From Thermoleophilia bacterium (GTDB lineage Bacteria; Actinomycetota; Thermoleophilia; BMS3ABIN01), in the NCBI GenBank assembly GCA_020053595.1, contig JAGVMV010000024.1, forward strand, positions 29,707 through 93,706: a stretch of 64,000 bases of DNA. The letters are read 5' to 3'. Made by a program: the position numbers and the translations under genes. Positions within the stretch are counted from its first letter, which is position 1, and every line of letters begins with the position of its first letter. The notes under the pieces were generated by a model. The model did not search any database. It was not told the origin of the DNA and saw only the letters and a list, made by a program, of their open reading frames with translations. This document shows positions 8,859 to 19,047 of the stretch, one piece after another.

Positions 8859-10024
8859 GCCGGGAGCCGCAAATCGGGAATCAGGATTCGGGGAAGATCG
8901 GCCGGGAGCCGGGCAAAGACAGCCGTCAAGGAGTTTCAGGGAAGCGTGCGCCGCGCCGCGGTTATACCACCGGCGCCTGCGCCCAGGCGGCGACAAGGGC
9001 GGCGGCGCTGACCGTCGCCATCGGCTACCCGCCCTGCAATCCGGAGGCCGAGGAAGATACAAACATCGTTTGTGATACCAGGGGCCTGGTCGATGTGACT
9101 CTGCCCAATGGCGAGAACGCGATCTTCCCGATGACCATGCATGACGAGGGTGTGGTGTCCGTCGTCAAGGACGCGGGCGACGACCCGGACGTTACTAACG
9201 GGATTCAGATTTTTGTCTGCGTTGTCGGGCGGCTTGATGGACAGTTTTATGTGGATGGCGCCGAAGGCGTGGGCCGGGTGACGCTGGAGGGGCTGCCGGT
9301 GAAGCCGGGAGAAGCGGCCATCAACCCGGTGCCCCTGAAGTTCATCATCAAGGAGGCGAAGCGTGTACTGCCGCTGGGCGCAGAGGTCACGATTTCCATC
9401 CCGGAAGGTGAGGAGCTGGCGTCCAGGACATTCAATCCGAAACTTGGCATCATCGGCGGTCTCAGCGTCCTGGGAACGACCGGGCGGGTTGAGCCCTGGT
9501 CTTCGGCGGCCTACCAGGAATCATTGTTGCCGCAGCTGGACGTGGCCAGGGCAGCCGGTGTGAAACGGCCGGTACTGGTGCCTGGCGCCAAGGGTGAGAG
9601 GGCGGCGCTGGCGGCGGGGTTCAAGCCGCTGGCGGTGGTGCAGACGGGAAATTTTACCGGCATGATGCTGGCGGCGGCGCGGGAGCGTGGCATGCTGCAG
9701 GTAGTCATTCTGGGCCACGCCGCCAAGGTAGCCAAGCTGGCGCGAGGCGATTTCAACACCCATTCGCGGCGTTCGCCGATGCCCCTCGATGTGCTGGCTG
9801 AATGCGCCGAGGCGGCGGGATGGAAGAGCAGCCGGGCGCGGGAACTCCTGCTACTGCCGACGACCGAGGCGGCGCTTGCGAGGCTCAGGGAAGCGGGTGC
9901 GGAGGGCGCCCTGGTTCTGGAAGAGACGGCCCGGCGCGTTGCCGCGCGCGTCAGCGATGAATACGGCATCACGGCCGAGGTGATCCTGACCGACGGGCGG
10001 GGGAAAATCGTCGGTCGAGCATAA
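8855..10024 (+). CDS. cbiD: Cobalt-precorrin-5B (C1)-methyltransferase CbiD
   Basis: RRGYTTGACAQAATRAAAL N-terminal motif characteristic of CbiD. Good GGAGGAGG RBS. Confidence 0.85.
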   Translation: MSREPQIGNQDSGKIGREPGKDSRQGVSGKRAPRRGYTTGACAQAATRAAALTVAIGYPPCNPEAEEDTNIVCDTRGLVDVTLPNGENAIFPMTMHDEGVVSVVKDAGDDPDVTNGIQIFVCVVGRLDGQFYVDGAEGVGRVTLEGLPVKPGEAAINPVPLKFIIKEAKRVLPLGAEVTISIPEGEELASRTFNPKLGIIGGLSVLGTTGRVEPWSSAAYQESLLPQLDVARAAGVKRPVLVPGAKGERAALAAGFKPLAVVQTGNFTGMMLAAARERGMLQVVILGHAAKVAKLARGDFNTHSRRSPMPLDVLAECAEAAGWKSSRARELLLLPTTEAALARLREAGAEGALVLEETARRVAARVSDEYGITAEVILTDGRGKIVGRA

Positions 10025-10081
10025 TTTTTTCCATAAGCTGGACCGGAAGAGAAATATAACCGCACATGGATCAAAAAAATC

Positions 10082-11374
10082 ATGGATGAAAACAAACACA
10101 TGGATGAAAACCGGAACATGCTGTATATAGTCGGCGCCGGTCCGGGGCCCGGAGCGATGCTTACCGGGGAGGCCCGAGCCCTGATCGCCCGCTGCCGGAG
10201 TTTCGCCGGCGGACGGCGTCTGCTGGAGCTGGCTCCTGAGGGCGCCGACCTGCATGCCATCACGGCCGACCTGGAGGAGACCCGGCGTTTCGTTGCCGCG
10301 GGGCTTGAGCATTCTGATGTCTGCGTGCTGGCCAGCGGCGACCCGGGCTGTTTCGGCATCCTGCCTTTTCTCAAGGAGAATTTCGCTGACCGGATTCAGG
10401 TTGCACCGGGCATCTCTTCGCTGCAGATCATGGCGGCCAGGCTGCGCTTGTCCTGGCAGGACTGGCGTCTGGTGAGCCTGCATGGCCGCGCTTCCGAACT
10501 GGCGCCCCTGCCGGACGTGTCGCGGCCGACCATCTATTTTTGTGACGCCTTCAGCTCTCCCCAGGTGATCGCTAAAAGCATGCCCCTCACCCTGGCCGAT
10601 CGCCGCGCCGCTGTCGGTTGCGACCTCGGCCTGCCGGAAGAGCAGATCTGGCAGGGCCGCCTGGCGGATGCCGCTCTTCTGAACTTCCCGGGGAACTCTC
10701 TGTTTCTGATTCTTCCTGAAGAAGACCGTAACGTCTCCGGGGATACCGACAGAATGGAAGCCGGACGCCCCGCTTCAGCGCCGGGCATTCCCGACGAGTT
10801 GTGGTTGCGCGGCGAGGGGATCCCGCTGTCCAAAAGTGAAGTACGCGCCGTCCTGCTCGCCAAGGCCCAGCCACTGGGACGGCGGGTTATCTGGGACTCG
10901 GGCGCCGGCACCGGCTCATATGGAATCGAATGCTCCCTGGTCGAACCTGGCGCCCGCGTCTACTCAATTGACAAGAACACTGAAGCCTGTGACCTGGCGT
11001 CGCGAAACGCCCGGCGCTTTGGAGCCGTTATCGAGACTGTCTGCGCTGAGGCGCCGGACTGTTTCGACTCATTGCCGCGGCCCGACCTGGTGATTGTCGG
11101 CGGCAACGACGGCCGGCTGGAAAAGATTTTCCAGGGAGCCCTGGAGGCTCTCGCTCCCGGCGGCAGGATACTGGTCACGGCGCTGCTGGAACAGACCAAG
11201 AAACAGGCGCACAACCTGTTCGCGCATTCCGGCCTTGAAGGTCGGAGCGTCACCAGGGTATCGATCGCTCGTGGTGAGGCGACGCGGTGGGTGGAGCACA
11301 ATCCGGTGGTAATCTTTACTGGAGACAAACCGCAGGCAGACGAGGAGCCCGCGGCTGTAAACATGGGACAATGA
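10082..11374 (+). CDS. cbiET: Fused cobalt-precorrin-6B C5/C15 methyltransferase (CbiE) and decarboxylating methyltransferase (CbiT), CobL-like. The start is ambiguous between 10082, 10100 and 10115.
   Basis: N-terminal LYIVGAGPGPG tetrapyrrole-methylase domain. C-terminal GIPLSKSEVRAV...VIWDSGAGTGSYGIE SAM-methyltransferase domain typical of CbiT. Confidence 0.85.
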   Translation: MDENKHMDENRNMLYIVGAGPGPGAMLTGEARALIARCRSFAGGRRLLELAPEGADLHAITADLEETRRFVAAGLEHSDVCVLASGDPGCFGILPFLKENFADRIQVAPGISSLQIMAARLRLSWQDWRLVSLHGRASELAPLPDVSRPTIYFCDAFSSPQVIAKSMPLTLADRRAAVGCDLGLPEEQIWQGRLADAALLNFPGNSLFLILPEEDRNVSGDTDRMEAGRPASAPGIPDELWLRGEGIPLSKSEVRAVLLAKAQPLGRRVIWDSGAGTGSYGIECSLVEPGARVYSIDKNTEACDLASRNARRFGAVIETVCAEAPDCFDSLPRPDLVIVGGNDGRLEKIFQGALEALAPGGRILVTALLEQTKKQAHNLFAHSGLEGRSVTRVSIARGEATRWVEHNPVVIFTGDKPQADEEPAAVNMGQ

Positions 11375-11377
11375 ACG

Positions 11378-12118
11378 ATGAAACCTGAACGGGAAGACAT
11401 CAGCGATGAGCCGGGCGCCATGAGCCGGGAACCGGGAACTCTATACGGAGTGGGCGTCGGACCGGGGGATCCCGGCCTGTTGACGCTCAAGGCCCTCGAG
11501 GTGATAAAACGCGTGGGTGCCGTGGCTTATCCGGTAAACCGGGAAGGCGCCGGCAGCCGCGCTTTCGAGACGGTGGCCGGCCATCTGCCGGAAGCGACCA
11601 TCCGCCTGCCGCTGCTGATGCCGATGACCCGTGACCAGGAGCGGCTCGAACAGGCCCACGCCGCCGCTGCCGAAACCGTGATCGCCGCCACCGCCGGTGG
11701 CATGGACATAGCCTATCTGTCCCTGGGTGACCCGCTTTTCTACAGCACTTTCGGCTACCTGGCGGAGCGTTTTCCCGGCCGGGTCGAGGTGGTCAGTGGC
11801 GTCACGGCGGCCAGTGCCATGGCCGCGGCTCTTGGCTTGCCTCTGGCAGCCGGAGACACGCCCACGGTGGTGGTCACCGGGCAGGCCCACGCGGCCCTGG
11901 AACAGGCTTTGGCGATGAGGGCTTCGGTGGTTATCATCAAACCGCGCTCTCTGTCGGAGGAGTCCCTGGAAATGCTGGACGCCAACGGTGTCTGGGGGCG
12001 CGCCCGCGGTGTAATCGAGCTGGGCGGCACCGGCGAGCGGGTTCTGGAGAAGCTGGACCGGGAGTCGGCGGCAACCCTGCCGTACTTTGCCGTACTCTGG
12101 ATCCAGCCGCCCGAATGA
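11378..12118 (+). CDS. cbiL: Cobalt-precorrin-2 C20-methyltransferase CbiL. An alternative start at 11420 is possible.
   Basis: LYGVGVGPGDPGLLTLKA motif of CobI/CbiL. Confidence 0.85.
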   Translation: MKPEREDISDEPGAMSREPGTLYGVGVGPGDPGLLTLKALEVIKRVGAVAYPVNREGAGSRAFETVAGHLPEATIRLPLLMPMTRDQERLEQAHAAAAETVIAATAGGMDIAYLSLGDPLFYSTFGYLAERFPGRVEVVSGVTAASAMAAALGLPLAAGDTPTVVVTGQAHAALEQALAMRASVVIIKPRSLSEESLEMLDANGVWGRARGVIELGGTGERVLEKLDRESAATLPYFAVLWIQPPE

Positions 12119-12157
12119 AAAAAACGCTAAAGCGAAATTCTTGCAGGAGATGAACAG

Positions 12158-12910
12158 ATGACTGTCAGCAAAATATATTTTCTCGGCGCCGGACCCGGCG
12201 ATCCGGAGCTGATGACGATTAGGGGTATGCGTTTGCTGGAACAGGCCGAAACGGTCATCCACGCCGGCTCGCTGGTCAGCCCGGAGCTGCTGGGTTTCTG
12301 TCCCTGGGCCGAGCTGGTGGACAGCGCGCCGCTCTGCCTCGACGATATCGTCAAGGTGATGGTCGCCCGGGCGCGTGCCGGCAAACGCGTGGTGCGCCTG
12401 CATAGCGGCGATCCCTCGTTCTACGGAGCGATCAAGGAGCAGATCGCCCGGCTGCGGCAGGAGGGCATTGATTTCGAGGTGGTCCCTGGAGTTTCCTCGC
12501 TGAACGCGGCAGCCGCCGCGCTCGCCAGCGAGCTGACCGTGCCGGGAGTCTCCCAGACGGTCATCATCACCCGCGCCGCCGGCCGGACGCCGGTACCGCA
12601 GAGTGAGAGCATCGCCCGGCTGGCCACTCACGGCGCAACCATGGCCATATTTCTGAGCGCCGGGCTCGCAGCCGAGGTCCAGCAACAACTGCTTGAGGGG
12701 TATAAACCGGAGACGCCGGTCGCCGTGGTTCAGAACGCCAGCCGGTCGAGCCAGCGGATTATGAGGACAACCGTGGCGAAGCTGGCTGGCGACATCGAGG
12801 CGGCGGGAATTGACCGCACCGCCATCATCCTGGTGGGGGAAGCGCTCGCCCAGGCAGGGGATGAGTCCCTGCTCTACAAAGACGGATTCTCCCACGGTTA
12901 CCGGGAGTGA
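12158..12910 (+). CDS. cbiF: Cobalt-precorrin-4 C11-methyltransferase CbiF
   Basis: IYFLGAGPGDPELMT...HSGDPSFYGA motifs of CbiF/CobM. Confidence 0.9.
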   Translation: MTVSKIYFLGAGPGDPELMTIRGMRLLEQAETVIHAGSLVSPELLGFCPWAELVDSAPLCLDDIVKVMVARARAGKRVVRLHSGDPSFYGAIKEQIARLRQEGIDFEVVPGVSSLNAAAAALASELTVPGVSQTVIITRAAGRTPVPQSESIARLATHGATMAIFLSAGLAAEVQQQLLEGYKPETPVAVVQNASRSSQRIMRTTVAKLAGDIEAAGIDRTAIILVGEALAQAGDESLLYKDGFSHGYRE

Positions 12911-14838
12911 ACGAAATTCAGGAGCTGAATATCAGCAGGTTGGAAGATAATCGCCAAATCAGCTATTTCTCATTGACCGCGGGCGGGACCCTGCTGGCGC
13001 TCAAGCTGCGCGACCGTTTTGGCGGCACCGCCCACCTGCCCCGATGTCACAGCATGGGCTGTCCGCGTTGCGATTCTTTCGACAGCATCGCCGAAGCATT
13101 GCCTGAGCGATTCCGCGCTGGTGAAACCCTCGTCTGTGTCATGGCGGCGGGCATCGCCTTCCGCGTGCTGGCGCCGCACCTGGACTCCAAGCAGAGCGAT
13201 CCGGCCGTCATCGTTGTCGATGAGGATGGACGCTACGCGGTGCCGCTGCTCGGCGGCCATGCCGCCGGCGCCAACCGGTTCGCCCGTGAGATCGCTGATT
13301 TCCTGGATGGCGATGCGGTTATTACGACCGCCAGCGACGTCCAGGGCCTGACCGCTCCCGACGAGGCCGCCCGTCAGCTGGGTCTTGTCATCAGCGACCC
13401 GGTCGCCCTCCGGCGAGTTACCGCCTTGCTGGTTGACGGCAAGCCCGTCTGTATCGAGAGCCGTGAGGACCCGCGGATCGATGGTTACGGCTGGCTGCCG
13501 CCTGGCGGCGATAGCAGCGGCTACGCCGGACGACTTTTAATTACACACGAGAAGAAGAACGGTAGTGGCGCCATCCCGACCGCCTGCCTGATCCCACGAG
13601 TAGTCGTGGTGGGCATCGGCTGCCGCCGGGGGACGCCGGTGGCGGAAATCAGTCAGGCCATCGAGACTGTCTGTGAAAAACACGGCATGGACCGGCGCGC
13701 CATCGCCCGGGTCGCCTCAATCGATATCAAGCAGGATGAAAACGGACTGATCGAAGCCGCCGCCGCCCTTGATGCGGATATCGTCTTTTTCACGGCGGCC
13801 GAACTTGCGGCACTGGACCGGCCTGGTAACAGCTTCGTCGCCGAGACAGTGGGAACCCCCGCTGTCTGTGAACCGGCGGCGCTCCTGGCAGCTGGTGAGA
13901 ACGCCATGCTGGTTTCGGGCAAGGAAACAATCGGCAGGGTGACTGTGGCCCTGGCGGTCGAGTCTGACGATTTCAGGCAGGTTGAACCTGTTCCTTTGGC
14001 ATCGGTCACCGCTCACACACAGACTACCGCCCACGACTCCACTTTCGCTGACGACGACGCCCGCTCCAACAGACAAAATCAGGTACCCGGGCGCGTGCTG
14101 GTCGTCGGCACCGGCGCCGGGACCGCGCCGCTTTTGACAGCCGCCGCCGCCGCCGCGCTTGGCGAAGCGGAGATTATCATGGGCTATCGTACCTACATCG
14201 AGCAGGTCAGACCACTCTTCCCTGACAAGGAATATATAACCGGCTCCATGGGCGCCGAGATCGATCGCTGCCGTGAGGCTCTCCGGCTGGCGGCGGAGGG
14301 GAGGACAGTCGCCCTGGTTTCCAGCGGCGATCCGGGAGTCTACGGCATGGCCGGACCCTTGCTGGAGCTCGCCGGCGAGGCGCCGGTGACCGTCGTCCCA
14401 GGGGTGACCGCGGCCCAGATCGCCGCCGCCAGACTCGGCGCGCCGCTGATGAATGATTTCATCACCCTCAGTCTGAGCGACCTGCTTACGCCACGGGAAG
14501 AAGTCCTGCGGCGGGCGCGGCTGGCCGCGGCCTCTGACCTGGTCATCTGCCTGTACAACCCCACCAGTAAAAAACGGCGGGCGCTGTATGAAGAAGTCCG
14601 CGGCCTGATCGCCGCCGAGCGACCGGCGGATACGCCGGTCGGCTGGGTGCGCGAAGCGGGAGGCGCCAGCGAGACCAGCGGCGTCATCAGGCTGGATGAA
14701 CTGCCGGCCCGGCAGATCGACATGCGGACGATCATCATCATCGGCAACTCCCGCACGGCGATCTTCAATGGCAGGATGGTAACCGCCCGTGGTTATGAGG
14801 GAAAAAGGATGATCAAGGCCGAAACCTCGGACCAATGA
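12907..14838 (+). CDS. cbiGH: Fusion of cobalt-precorrin-5A hydrolase CbiG (N-terminal) with cobalt-precorrin-3B C17-methyltransferase CbiH (C-terminal)
   Basis: N-terminal half has CbiG-like conserved blocks (VVDEDGRYAVPLLGGHAAGAN). C-terminal half has VLVVGTGAG...VSSGDPGVYGMAG, the methylase fold of CbiH/CobJ. Confidence 0.85.
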   Translation: MNEIQELNISRLEDNRQISYFSLTAGGTLLALKLRDRFGGTAHLPRCHSMGCPRCDSFDSIAEALPERFRAGETLVCVMAAGIAFRVLAPHLDSKQSDPAVIVVDEDGRYAVPLLGGHAAGANRFAREIADFLDGDAVITTASDVQGLTAPDEAARQLGLVISDPVALRRVTALLVDGKPVCIESREDPRIDGYGWLPPGGDSSGYAGRLLITHEKKNGSGAIPTACLIPRVVVVGIGCRRGTPVAEISQAIETVCEKHGMDRRAIARVASIDIKQDENGLIEAAAALDADIVFFTAAELAALDRPGNSFVAETVGTPAVCEPAALLAAGENAMLVSGKETIGRVTVALAVESDDFRQVEPVPLASVTAHTQTTAHDSTFADDDARSNRQNQVPGRVLVVGTGAGTAPLLTAAAAAALGEAEIIMGYRTYIEQVRPLFPDKEYITGSMGAEIDRCREALRLAAEGRTVALVSSGDPGVYGMAGPLLELAGEAPVTVVPGVTAAQIAAARLGAPLMNDFITLSLSDLLTPREEVLRRARLAAASDLVICLYNPTSKKRRALYEEVRGLIAAERPADTPVGWVREAGGASETSGVIRLDELPARQIDMRTIIIIGNSRTAIFNGRMVTARGYEGKRMIKAETSDQ

Positions 14839-15710
14839 TCAACCAGACCATATACCTGATAGGCGGCACTAGCGAGGCCAACCAGGCCGCCTGGCGTCTG
14901 CAGGAAGAAGGCTATCGCGTGATCGTCAGCGTGGCTACACCGCTGGGCGCCGAAGTAGCGGCCGCCGCCGGACTGGAAACCGATACCGGCAGGAAGGACT
15001 CCGGCGGCATGGCGGCCAGAGCCGCCAAACTGGACTGCGCTGCCATCGTCGACTGTTCTCATCCGTTTGCGCGGGAGGCCAGCGAGCAGGCGAGGCTTGC
15101 CGCCAACATCGCCGGCCTGCCCTACTTTCGCAGCTCGCGTCCCCCCTGGATGCAAACCGGGAGCATCGGCGCGGGTTCGCCGCCGGAAGCCGTCGACTCT
15201 TTCGATGAAGCGGCCAGCCGGCTTCGGGCAAGCGGTGCCCGCTCCCTGTTGACCCTCGGCACGCGGAATCTCGAGCCATTCGTCCAGGCCGGCCTGGATT
15301 TTACCGCACGCATCCTCCCATTGTCCGAATCTCTTGAAGATTGCCTGCGGCTGGGGATAAAGCCTCAAAATATAATCGCCGCCTGGCCGCCTTTCACCGT
15401 TGACTTTAACCGCGCCTGCCTGCGGCAATGCGGGGCGTCTTTGCTGGTCACCAAGGATTCCGGCCGTGAGGGCGGTCTGGAGGAAAAGCTGAAGGCTGCC
15501 GAACTGGAGGGCGCCGCTGTCATCCTGGTCCGGAGACCCGGAGAACCGGACGCCATACACGACCTGGACGTTCTGGTGGGCAGGATCAAGGCATCGCTAG
15601 CCAGCGTAAGGTCCGGAGATGCTTCTGCTGGAACTACAGTTTCCACCGGAGCCACGGCTCCCACAGGAAACATCGAGGCAGCTGCGGACAGAGCGGTGCC
15701 TGGAGCTTGA
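14835..15710 (+). CDS. cbiJ: Cobalt-precorrin-6A reductase CbiJ/CobK
   Basis: IYLIGGTSEA N-terminus and overall CobK-like sequence. ATGA overlap with the cbiGH stop. Confidence 0.8.
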   Translation: MINQTIYLIGGTSEANQAAWRLQEEGYRVIVSVATPLGAEVAAAAGLETDTGRKDSGGMAARAAKLDCAAIVDCSHPFAREASEQARLAANIAGLPYFRSSRPPWMQTGSIGAGSPPEAVDSFDEAASRLRASGARSLLTLGTRNLEPFVQAGLDFTARILPLSESLEDCLRLGIKPQNIIAAWPPFTVDFNRACLRQCGASLLVTKDSGREGGLEEKLKAAELEGAAVILVRRPGEPDAIHDLDVLVGRIKASLASVRSGDASAGTTVSTGATAPTGNIEAAADRAVPGA

Positions 15711-16462
15711 ACAGCCTGCGCCACGTCTTCGGGTTTTTCACCATTCTGCCGCTTTCGCGGGCGGGTACAATTGAAGACACCGCACGCGCCGGCTATCTGC
15801 TGCCCCTGGTCGCGGCGGTGCTCGGCGGCATCGAAGGCCTGGCCGGCTGGGGTTGCGAGCGGCTTTTCGGCCAACCGGTCGCTGCCGCCGCCATTCTGGC
15901 CATGGCGCTCCTGCTCACCGGTTTTCATCACTCGGACGGGCTTGCCGATTTTGGTGACGCCGTCATGATTCACGGTGACGCCGCTCGCCGCATCGAGGTT
16001 CTCAAGGACAGGACCATGGGCATAGGCGCTACCGGCGCCGTATTTCTGACCTGGCTCATCTCCTGGGCCGCGCTCTTGCAGCTGCTCAGCTCCTCCGGTC
16101 AGGGGGTTCGCATCGTCTGGAGCCTGATGGCCGTGGAAATTTCGGCGCGCCTGAGCATGCTCATGGTTACTGCTGTCAGTGTGCCCTCCCACGAAGGCAG
16201 CGGCAGCGTCTTCCTCGCGAACCTGAAGGGCTGGCGAAGCATTCTGGGAATCGTCCTGTCAGCCTGCGGTCTTGCGGCACTGGCCCTGGCTTTGCCGTTG
16301 GCCGGTATAATCACGGCGGGCACTGCCGCGGTTTTCACGGGATTGATTCTGGCGGCGGCGGGCAGACACTGGTTTGGCGGCGCTGGTGGAGACTTGATGG
16401 GAGCAGCGGTGGAGCTGGGGAGGATGGCGGCACTGCTGGGCCTGGTGGCGACCCTGCTATAA
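15707..16462 (+). CDS. cobS: Adenosylcobinamide-GDP ribazoletransferase (cobalamin synthase) CobS
   Basis: Multi-TM protein with HHSDGLADFGD motif of CobS. Confidence 0.85.
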   Translation: MNSLRHVFGFFTILPLSRAGTIEDTARAGYLLPLVAAVLGGIEGLAGWGCERLFGQPVAAAAILAMALLLTGFHHSDGLADFGDAVMIHGDAARRIEVLKDRTMGIGATGAVFLTWLISWAALLQLLSSSGQGVRIVWSLMAVEISARLSMLMVTAVSVPSHEGSGSVFLANLKGWRSILGIVLSACGLAALALALPLAGIITAGTAAVFTGLILAAAGRHWFGGAGGDLMGAAVELGRMAALLGLVATLL

Positions 16463-18823
16463 CAAGTTCCTGTCGCTGGTTGTTTCCGTACTAGCTGTCG
16501 TATCAGTTTCCGCTGTCGTTTCCGCATCGGCTGTCGTTTCAGCCCCTGCTTCCGGAATGTTACCGACACTGGCCGGATCCATACTTGCGGTTTCCCTGAT
16601 AACTTCTTCCGCGCCCGGCAACTCACAGGTATGGATTGCCACAGCCAGCTGATTGGCGACACTCATAATCGTCTCGATCGTCGCTGGTGTGAACGGCCGC
16701 TTGTCAGGCCAGACCAAGGCCATGCCCCCGACTACTTTTTCCTTGTAAATAATAGGCAGCGTGCAGCGGCGGTTGTCGCCCACATTCAACGCCTTGAGGA
16801 TGTAAGCTTCGGACTCGGTCGCGTTGGAGAGATCGACCTCCTCGTGGGTGATCATGCGCCGCTCCAGAACGGCGCGGGTCAGCAGTGTGCCGCGGGACAT
16901 CGGCGAGAACTTGAACTCGTCCATGACCTTTGGTGAATGTCCCATGAAGGCCAGGTTAACCAGGCCGTCCAGCTCTTCGTCCAGATAATAGACGCTGGCG
17001 CGAAAGCAGCCCATCTGTTCATAGACCGCTTCCATGGCGCTGCTGGCGATCTTTCTGATATCATGCGACCCGGCGCAGGCGGCTGCCACGTCCCGAAGCA
17101 TCGCCACGCGGGCAAGCTCCTTCATGGTCTTTTCGTGCAGGACCGAGTTCTGCACCGCCATCGACGCCCGGTCGGCCAGAACCTGGATCAGTCCCCACTC
17201 GCGGGCCGAAAAAGCCTTTTCCCGCTGGCTGCCGATCTGCAGTACGCCGGAGACCCTGCCGCCTACTCTCAACGGCACGGCCAGCACCGACCTGATACCC
17301 GAGCTCTCGGTAAAAAGAGAAAAATCACGTGACTCCGGGTCGTTTTGCAGATTGTCGACCTTCATCGGCACACCGTCCTGGAACGCGCGCCCTGCCAGTC
17401 CTTCACCGATCCCGACCCGGATATCCGCCAGTGGCGTCGCCAGGTTACCGGCCGCAGCCCGGGCCACCAGTTCGCTGCCGGTTTCGTCGGCCAGCAGGAT
17501 CATGGCGGCGTCCATCTGCATGACATCCTGGGCCCGCGTCACCAGCTCGATCAGGACCTCCTCGAGGTCGAGTGAGACCAGCCCGGCCTCGGAGATCGCC
17601 TCGATGGCCTCCAGCGACTTGCGTATGTAATGCTCGTTCTCATAGATGCCGGCGTTCTCGATCGCCAATGCCGCGTGTGAGCCGATGATCATGGCGAATT
17701 TGATCTGCTCCTCGGTGAACTTGCGCATCTTGTCGGTCTGGACGAGCCAGACGACGCCGATTGACCGGTTAGAGGAAACGAGCGGCACCATCAGCAACGA
17801 TCTGACTTTCAGGCTTCTGAGCAACTCCGGACTGAAGCGCATATCCTCGGCCGGGTTTTCCGAAGCAATGGCCTCCTTGCTTTCCAGGGCGGCGACACTG
17901 ACCGGTATGTCGTCATAAGGGAAACGCAGCTGTTGGATCATCTCGTCGGAATACTGGCCGTAACCTGTCTTGCCTACCCACTGGTCGTCCTCGAGCAGGA
18001 GAAGGGCACCGGCATCCGTACCGGAAGTAAAGACCATGTTGTCGAGCACTACTCGCAATGTTTCGTCCAGGCTGAGGCTCGACATGACCGCGGCGCTGAT
18101 CCTGAGAGCCGCCTCGCGTGTGCGTCCACGGATTACCGAATCGGTGATGTCGTAAGCGAAGAGCGCCACGGAGCGCGGCGTTCCCCCTCCCTGAGTGGAG
18201 ACCGGGATAAAGTTTATTTGCCAGAAGCTGCCGCGTCCTTCTTCACCGGGCAGATGGAATTCGTCCGAGTCGACACGTGCCCTGGTAGCGATGGCCTCGT
18301 CCATTTTGCCGGCCATTTTGCCGGCGTTTTCTTCAGATAACAAATCGGATAGCCTGGCGCCCGGTTTGCAGTTGTTGTTGGCAATCCTCGTGAAAGTCTG
18401 GTTGAAGTTAGCCAGTTTGTATCCAGGGAAACTGAACTCGGCGTAGGCGAGGGGAGATTCTTCGAGGGCATCCCGAATCAGGTTTATCCGTCTGAAATAA
18501 CGGTGGATAAAGTTAGCCTTGATGGCGACCAGAACGCCGAAAGCGCCGACCGCGGCAGAACTCCAGAGATTGACATCGGAGTCACCGCCGACCACGGTCG
18601 CCGCACAGATGATCATCGCCACCAGGCCAACCATAACAGTCTCCAGCGGGCTTAAGAGGTAAGCCGCGGTGATTATTGGGACGGCCCAGGCCAGGTTGAT
18701 CCAGGGTAAGTCATCCATCAGTAATTCGTCCAGGAGGCCGACGATTGCCAGCAGGACGCCCACGATCAGGATCAGGACCAGATGGCGTCCCGGGAACTGT
18801 TTTGGCAGGCGAGGAACATTCAT
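16457..18823 (-). CDS. Membrane-anchored PAS/triple-GAF sensor protein with no recognisable output domain. The ATG at 18823 follows an AAGGAAAA RBS.
   Basis: N-terminal TM helices, a PAS-like segment (FWQINFIPV...AYDITDS), then three GAF-like repeats. No HisKA/HATPase, GGDEF, EAL or HD-GYP motifs are seen. The C-terminus is a Thr/Ala/Glu low-complexity tail. Confidence 0.75.
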   Translation of the reverse strand: MNVPRLPKQFPGRHLVLILIVGVLLAIVGLLDELLMDDLPWINLAWAVPIITAAYLLSPLETVMVGLVAMIICAATVVGGDSDVNLWSSAAVGAFGVLVAIKANFIHRYFRRINLIRDALEESPLAYAEFSFPGYKLANFNQTFTRIANNNCKPGARLSDLLSEENAGKMAGKMDEAIATRARVDSDEFHLPGEEGRGSFWQINFIPVSTQGGGTPRSVALFAYDITDSVIRGRTREAALRISAAVMSSLSLDETLRVVLDNMVFTSGTDAGALLLLEDDQWVGKTGYGQYSDEMIQQLRFPYDDIPVSVAALESKEAIASENPAEDMRFSPELLRSLKVRSLLMVPLVSSNRSIGVVWLVQTDKMRKFTEEQIKFAMIIGSHAALAIENAGIYENEHYIRKSLEAIEAISEAGLVSLDLEEVLIELVTRAQDVMQMDAAMILLADETGSELVARAAAGNLATPLADIRVGIGEGLAGRAFQDGVPMKVDNLQNDPESRDFSLFTESSGIRSVLAVPLRVGGRVSGVLQIGSQREKAFSAREWGLIQVLADRASMAVQNSVLHEKTMKELARVAMLRDVAAACAGSHDIRKIASSAMEAVYEQMGCFRASVYYLDEELDGLVNLAFMGHSPKVMDEFKFSPMSRGTLLTRAVLERRMITHEEVDLSNATESEAYILKALNVGDNRRCTLPIIYKEKVVGGMALVWPDKRPFTPATIETIMSVANQLAVAIHTCELPGAEEVIRETASMDPASVGNIPEAGAETTADAETTAETDTTASTETTSDRNLL

Positions 18824-19047
18824 GATTAATTTTTCCTTGCGCAGAGATAGGTGAGGCGCAAAATGCCCCCCGGCAAATTGATGATAGATATGGATTATAT
18901 GGCAAACGGGCTGTAAGTTCACCTCTGGCGGCTTAATCTTTCTTAATGCCGCCCTGCTTTGGATAAGTCCACACCTGGGTATTATAAATAAAGGACGCCA
19001 AGGCGATAAAACAGGGTCGTCCTCAATACTTCAAAGGAGACAATTTC

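Noticed and set aside
11441-12895. 484-aa ORF on the minus strand spanning cbiL and cbiF
   Set aside because: It lies entirely antisense to two well-supported cobalamin genes with clear motifs. The product is Arg/Gly/Ala-rich low-complexity sequence, typical of GC-driven shadow ORFs. The same reasoning rejects 680-1312, 1252-1905, 13717-14835, 14793-15560, 15365-16192, 42603-44093, 52799-53890, 55094-55946, 57694-58809, 61553-62467 and 62543-63358 on the minus strand, and the other antisense or embedded ORFs in the track.
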